Source: Tepidiformaceae bacterium
GTDB taxonomy: Bacteria > Chloroflexota > Dehalococcoidia > Tepidiformales > Tepidiformaceae
Direction of reading: 5' to 3'
Assembly (NCBI GenBank): GCA_035326025.1
Contig: DAOKYT010000001.1
Location: 8,163-72,162 of the forward strand
Length of the DNA: 64,000 nucleotides
This document shows, piece after piece, positions 62,545 to 64,000 of this stretch (its first letter is position 1; each line of letters starts with the position of its first letter). The notes under the pieces were generated by a model, which was not told where the DNA came from, did not search any database, and saw nothing but the letters and a program-made list of their open reading frames with translations. The translations under genes and the position numbers were made by a program.

Positions 62545-63036
62545 CTATCCGCCCTGCCCGTGTTCAAGCGGCCCCTCCAACAGTTCCGCCACGTGCCCCA
62601 GCAGCGGCAAGAGCACGTCCATCCCCTGCGCGACCGCCTTCGGGCTCCCCGGCAGGTTCACGATAAGCGTCCGCCCCCGCGTGACCGCTACTCCCCTGGT
62701 CAGCGCGGCATAGGGCGTGTGCAGCAGGCCATTCTGGATGAGCGCGACCGGGATCCCCGGCACGTCCCGCTCGGCGATGTCCCTCGTGGCCTCCGGCGTC
62801 TGGTCACGGGGCGTCAGCCCCGTCCCTCCCGTGGTCAGGATCACGTCGCAGATCTCCATGTCGGCCCACACACGCAGATGCTCCGCGATGAGCGCCCGGT
62901 CGTCGGCCACGATGTCGTGCCGCACCACCTCGTGACCCGCCTCCAGCAGCATCCGGGCGATGGTTTGCCCCGAGATATCCTCGCGCTCACCAGCCGCCCC
63001 CTTATCCGATGCCGTCAGGATCGCCACGCGCGCCAC
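62545..63036 (-). CDS. mog: molybdenum cofactor biosynthesis protein MogA/MoaB-type (molybdopterin adenylyltransferase)
   Basis: Starts MARVAILTASDKGAAGEREDISG and contains ..DVILTTGGTGLTPRDQTPEAT. Confidence 0.88.
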   Translation of the reverse strand: MARVAILTASDKGAAGEREDISGQTIARMLLEAGHEVVRHDIVADDRALIAEHLRVWADMEICDVILTTGGTGLTPRDQTPEATRDIAERDVPGIPVALIQNGLLHTPYAALTRGVAVTRGRTLIVNLPGSPKAVAQGMDVLLPLLGHVAELLEGPLEHGQGG

Positions 63037-63135
63037 GCCCCGATCCTACCGCAAGCCGCCCCATTTCTCCCCACTTCTTCCCCGGGGCCTCCTGGGGAGT
63101 TCCCGCGACTTTCATAACGCGGTCAAGAAAAGCCG

Positions 63136-63165
63136 TTGACAGGTGCTTCACCCTGCCCATAGTAT
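63136..63165 (+). promoter_or_regulatory. sigma-70-type promoter of the mraZ (dcw) operon
   Basis: TTGACA (63136-63141), an 18-nt spacer, then TAGTAT (63160-65). It lies about 95 nt upstream of the mraZ ATG. Confidence 0.6.
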
Positions 63166-63170
63166 GCGCG

Positions 63171-63195
63171 TGGGGTGAAATGGGGTGAAATGGGG
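63171..63195 (+). promoter_or_regulatory. three direct TGGGG repeats at 10-nt phasing (MraZ-box-like operator)
   Basis: TGGGG tgaaa TGGGG tgaaa TGGGG lies immediately downstream of the -10 element. Confidence 0.6.
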
Positions 63196-63257
63196 CAGAA
63201 GCCCTTACAATCCCACGCAAGAGGCCACCTGGCCCACACCCCGGAAGGGTTCGGGGG

Positions 63258-63692
63258 ATGCAGCCGCCATTCGTAGGCACCTTCGACTACGTGCTCGACG
63301 ACCGGAACCGGGTACCGATCCCGCCGGCCTATCGCAGCGCGTTCGACGGAGGCGGGTACATCGCCACCGGGACCGACCCCTGTCTCGTCATCCACACCCC
63401 GGAGTCGTTCGCGCGGGCATCGGAGATCATCGAGTCGCTGCCCGAGGAGACGAAGGAAGGCGAAGATGCGAGGCGCGACTTCTACGGCAAGGTCTGGCTC
63501 CTCCAGAAGGATGCCCAGGGCCGAGTCACCATCCGCGAGGACCTGGCGAAGTTCGCCGGCCTCACCAGGGACGTGAAGGTGGTTGGCGTTGGCCGCCGGC
63601 TCGAAATCTGGGATAGCGCCACCTTCGACGCACGCGAGGAAGCGCGGCAGCAAGCCCGCATCTCCGCCGTACAGAAGACGCAGGAGGGGTAA
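63258..63692 (+). CDS. mraZ: transcriptional regulator MraZ
   Basis: 144 aa. FVGTFDYVLDDRNRVPIPPAYR plus a second SpoVT/AbrB-like half (KDAQGRVTIREDL). Confidence 0.92.
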   Translation: MQPPFVGTFDYVLDDRNRVPIPPAYRSAFDGGGYIATGTDPCLVIHTPESFARASEIIESLPEETKEGEDARRDFYGKVWLLQKDAQGRVTIREDLAKFAGLTRDVKVVGVGRRLEIWDSATFDAREEARQQARISAVQKTQEG

Positions 63693-63702
63693 CGTGGTTG
63701 TT

Positions 63703-64000
63703 ATGACAGCACCGGCACCGGTCCACGTCCCCGTCCTCCTCCGTGAATCGATCGAGCTCCTCGATGTTCGCGCGGGTGGCGTCTACATCGATTGCACCAC
63801 CGGGCTCGGCGGGCACAGTGAGGCCATCGCCAGCGCCATGGGCGAATCCGGCCGGCTCCTCTGCCTCGACCAGGACCGCGAAGCGCTGGAGTTCGCGCGC
63901 ACGAGACTGACACCGTTTGGGAGGCGGGTCAGCTTCGTCCACGCGAACTTCCGTGAAATCGCGGATATCGCGGCACGGGAGGGCTTCCAGGAAGTCGATG
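63703..64000 (+). CDS. rsmH: 16S rRNA (cytosine1402-N4)-methyltransferase, 5' partial (runs off the window)
   Basis: I translated this myself because it is not in the ORF track. MTAPAPVHVPVLLRESIELLDVRAGGVYIDCTTGLGGHSEAI..LLCLDQDREAL..HANF. GTG 63694 is an alternative start. Confidence 0.88.
   Translation, partial: MTAPAPVHVPVLLRESIELLDVRAGGVYIDCTTGLGGHSEAIASAMGESGRLLCLDQDREALEFARTRLTPFGRRVSFVHANFREIADIAAREGFQEVD

Noticed and set aside
60666-62666. 666-aa plus-strand ORF spanning the phosphatase, trmD and lipoprotein regions.
   Set aside because: The translation is low-complexity (runs of R/P/H/A), and it overlaps trmD, which is unambiguous on the other strand. Only the separate frame at 60670-61176, with its CX5R motif, was kept.

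Overview
This is a visibly GC-rich bacterial chromosomal segment: third codon positions are almost all G/C, and long spurious antisense ORFs are common. Strong GGAGG-type RBSs, lipoprotein signals and a large beta-prime insertion fit a Chloroflexota/Thermus-like lineage, but that is only a guess.

Most of the window is housekeeping:
- rpsA-clpC-rpoB-rpoC
- a TIGR03960-type radical-SAM gene and ispDF
- pheST, trmD, moeA/mogA, and mraZ-rsmH (cut at the window end)
- one tRNA-Arg(TCT)

Between these lie accessory blocks:
- a four-gene PglC/F/D/E-like amino-sugar module
- a second glycan block (GT2, GT4, rmlA-like, rmlB)
- a YeeE-TusA-rhodanese sulfur module
- a CoA-ester set (crotonase, family III CoA-transferase, ThDP enzyme)
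- thiBPQ behind a TPP riboswitch with its own terminator hairpin

I saw no rRNA, CRISPR array, transposase, integrase or reverse transcriptase.

The most unusual structure is a pair of small four-helix-bundle genes of the 23S-rRNA-IVS-protein / Avd-like family. Each is bracketed by inverted arms built from tandem heptanucleotides and sits exactly in an operon junction. One splits pheS from pheT. The other abuts the stop codon of the ThDP enzyme.

Other items worth a second look:
- a gene carrying about 24 in-frame 21-nt (heptad) repeats plus a nuclease-like C-terminus, directly downstream of rpoC
- an RHH antitoxin with a doubly frameshifted mazF
- a textbook promoter followed by three TGGGG direct repeats (MraZ-box-like) upstream of mraZ
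- a GGDEF protein with a dead A-site (DDDRF) but an intact RxxD I-site
- an 11-C homopolymer inside a membrane glycosyltransferase

All family calls come from motif recognition by eye, and none has been checked against a database.
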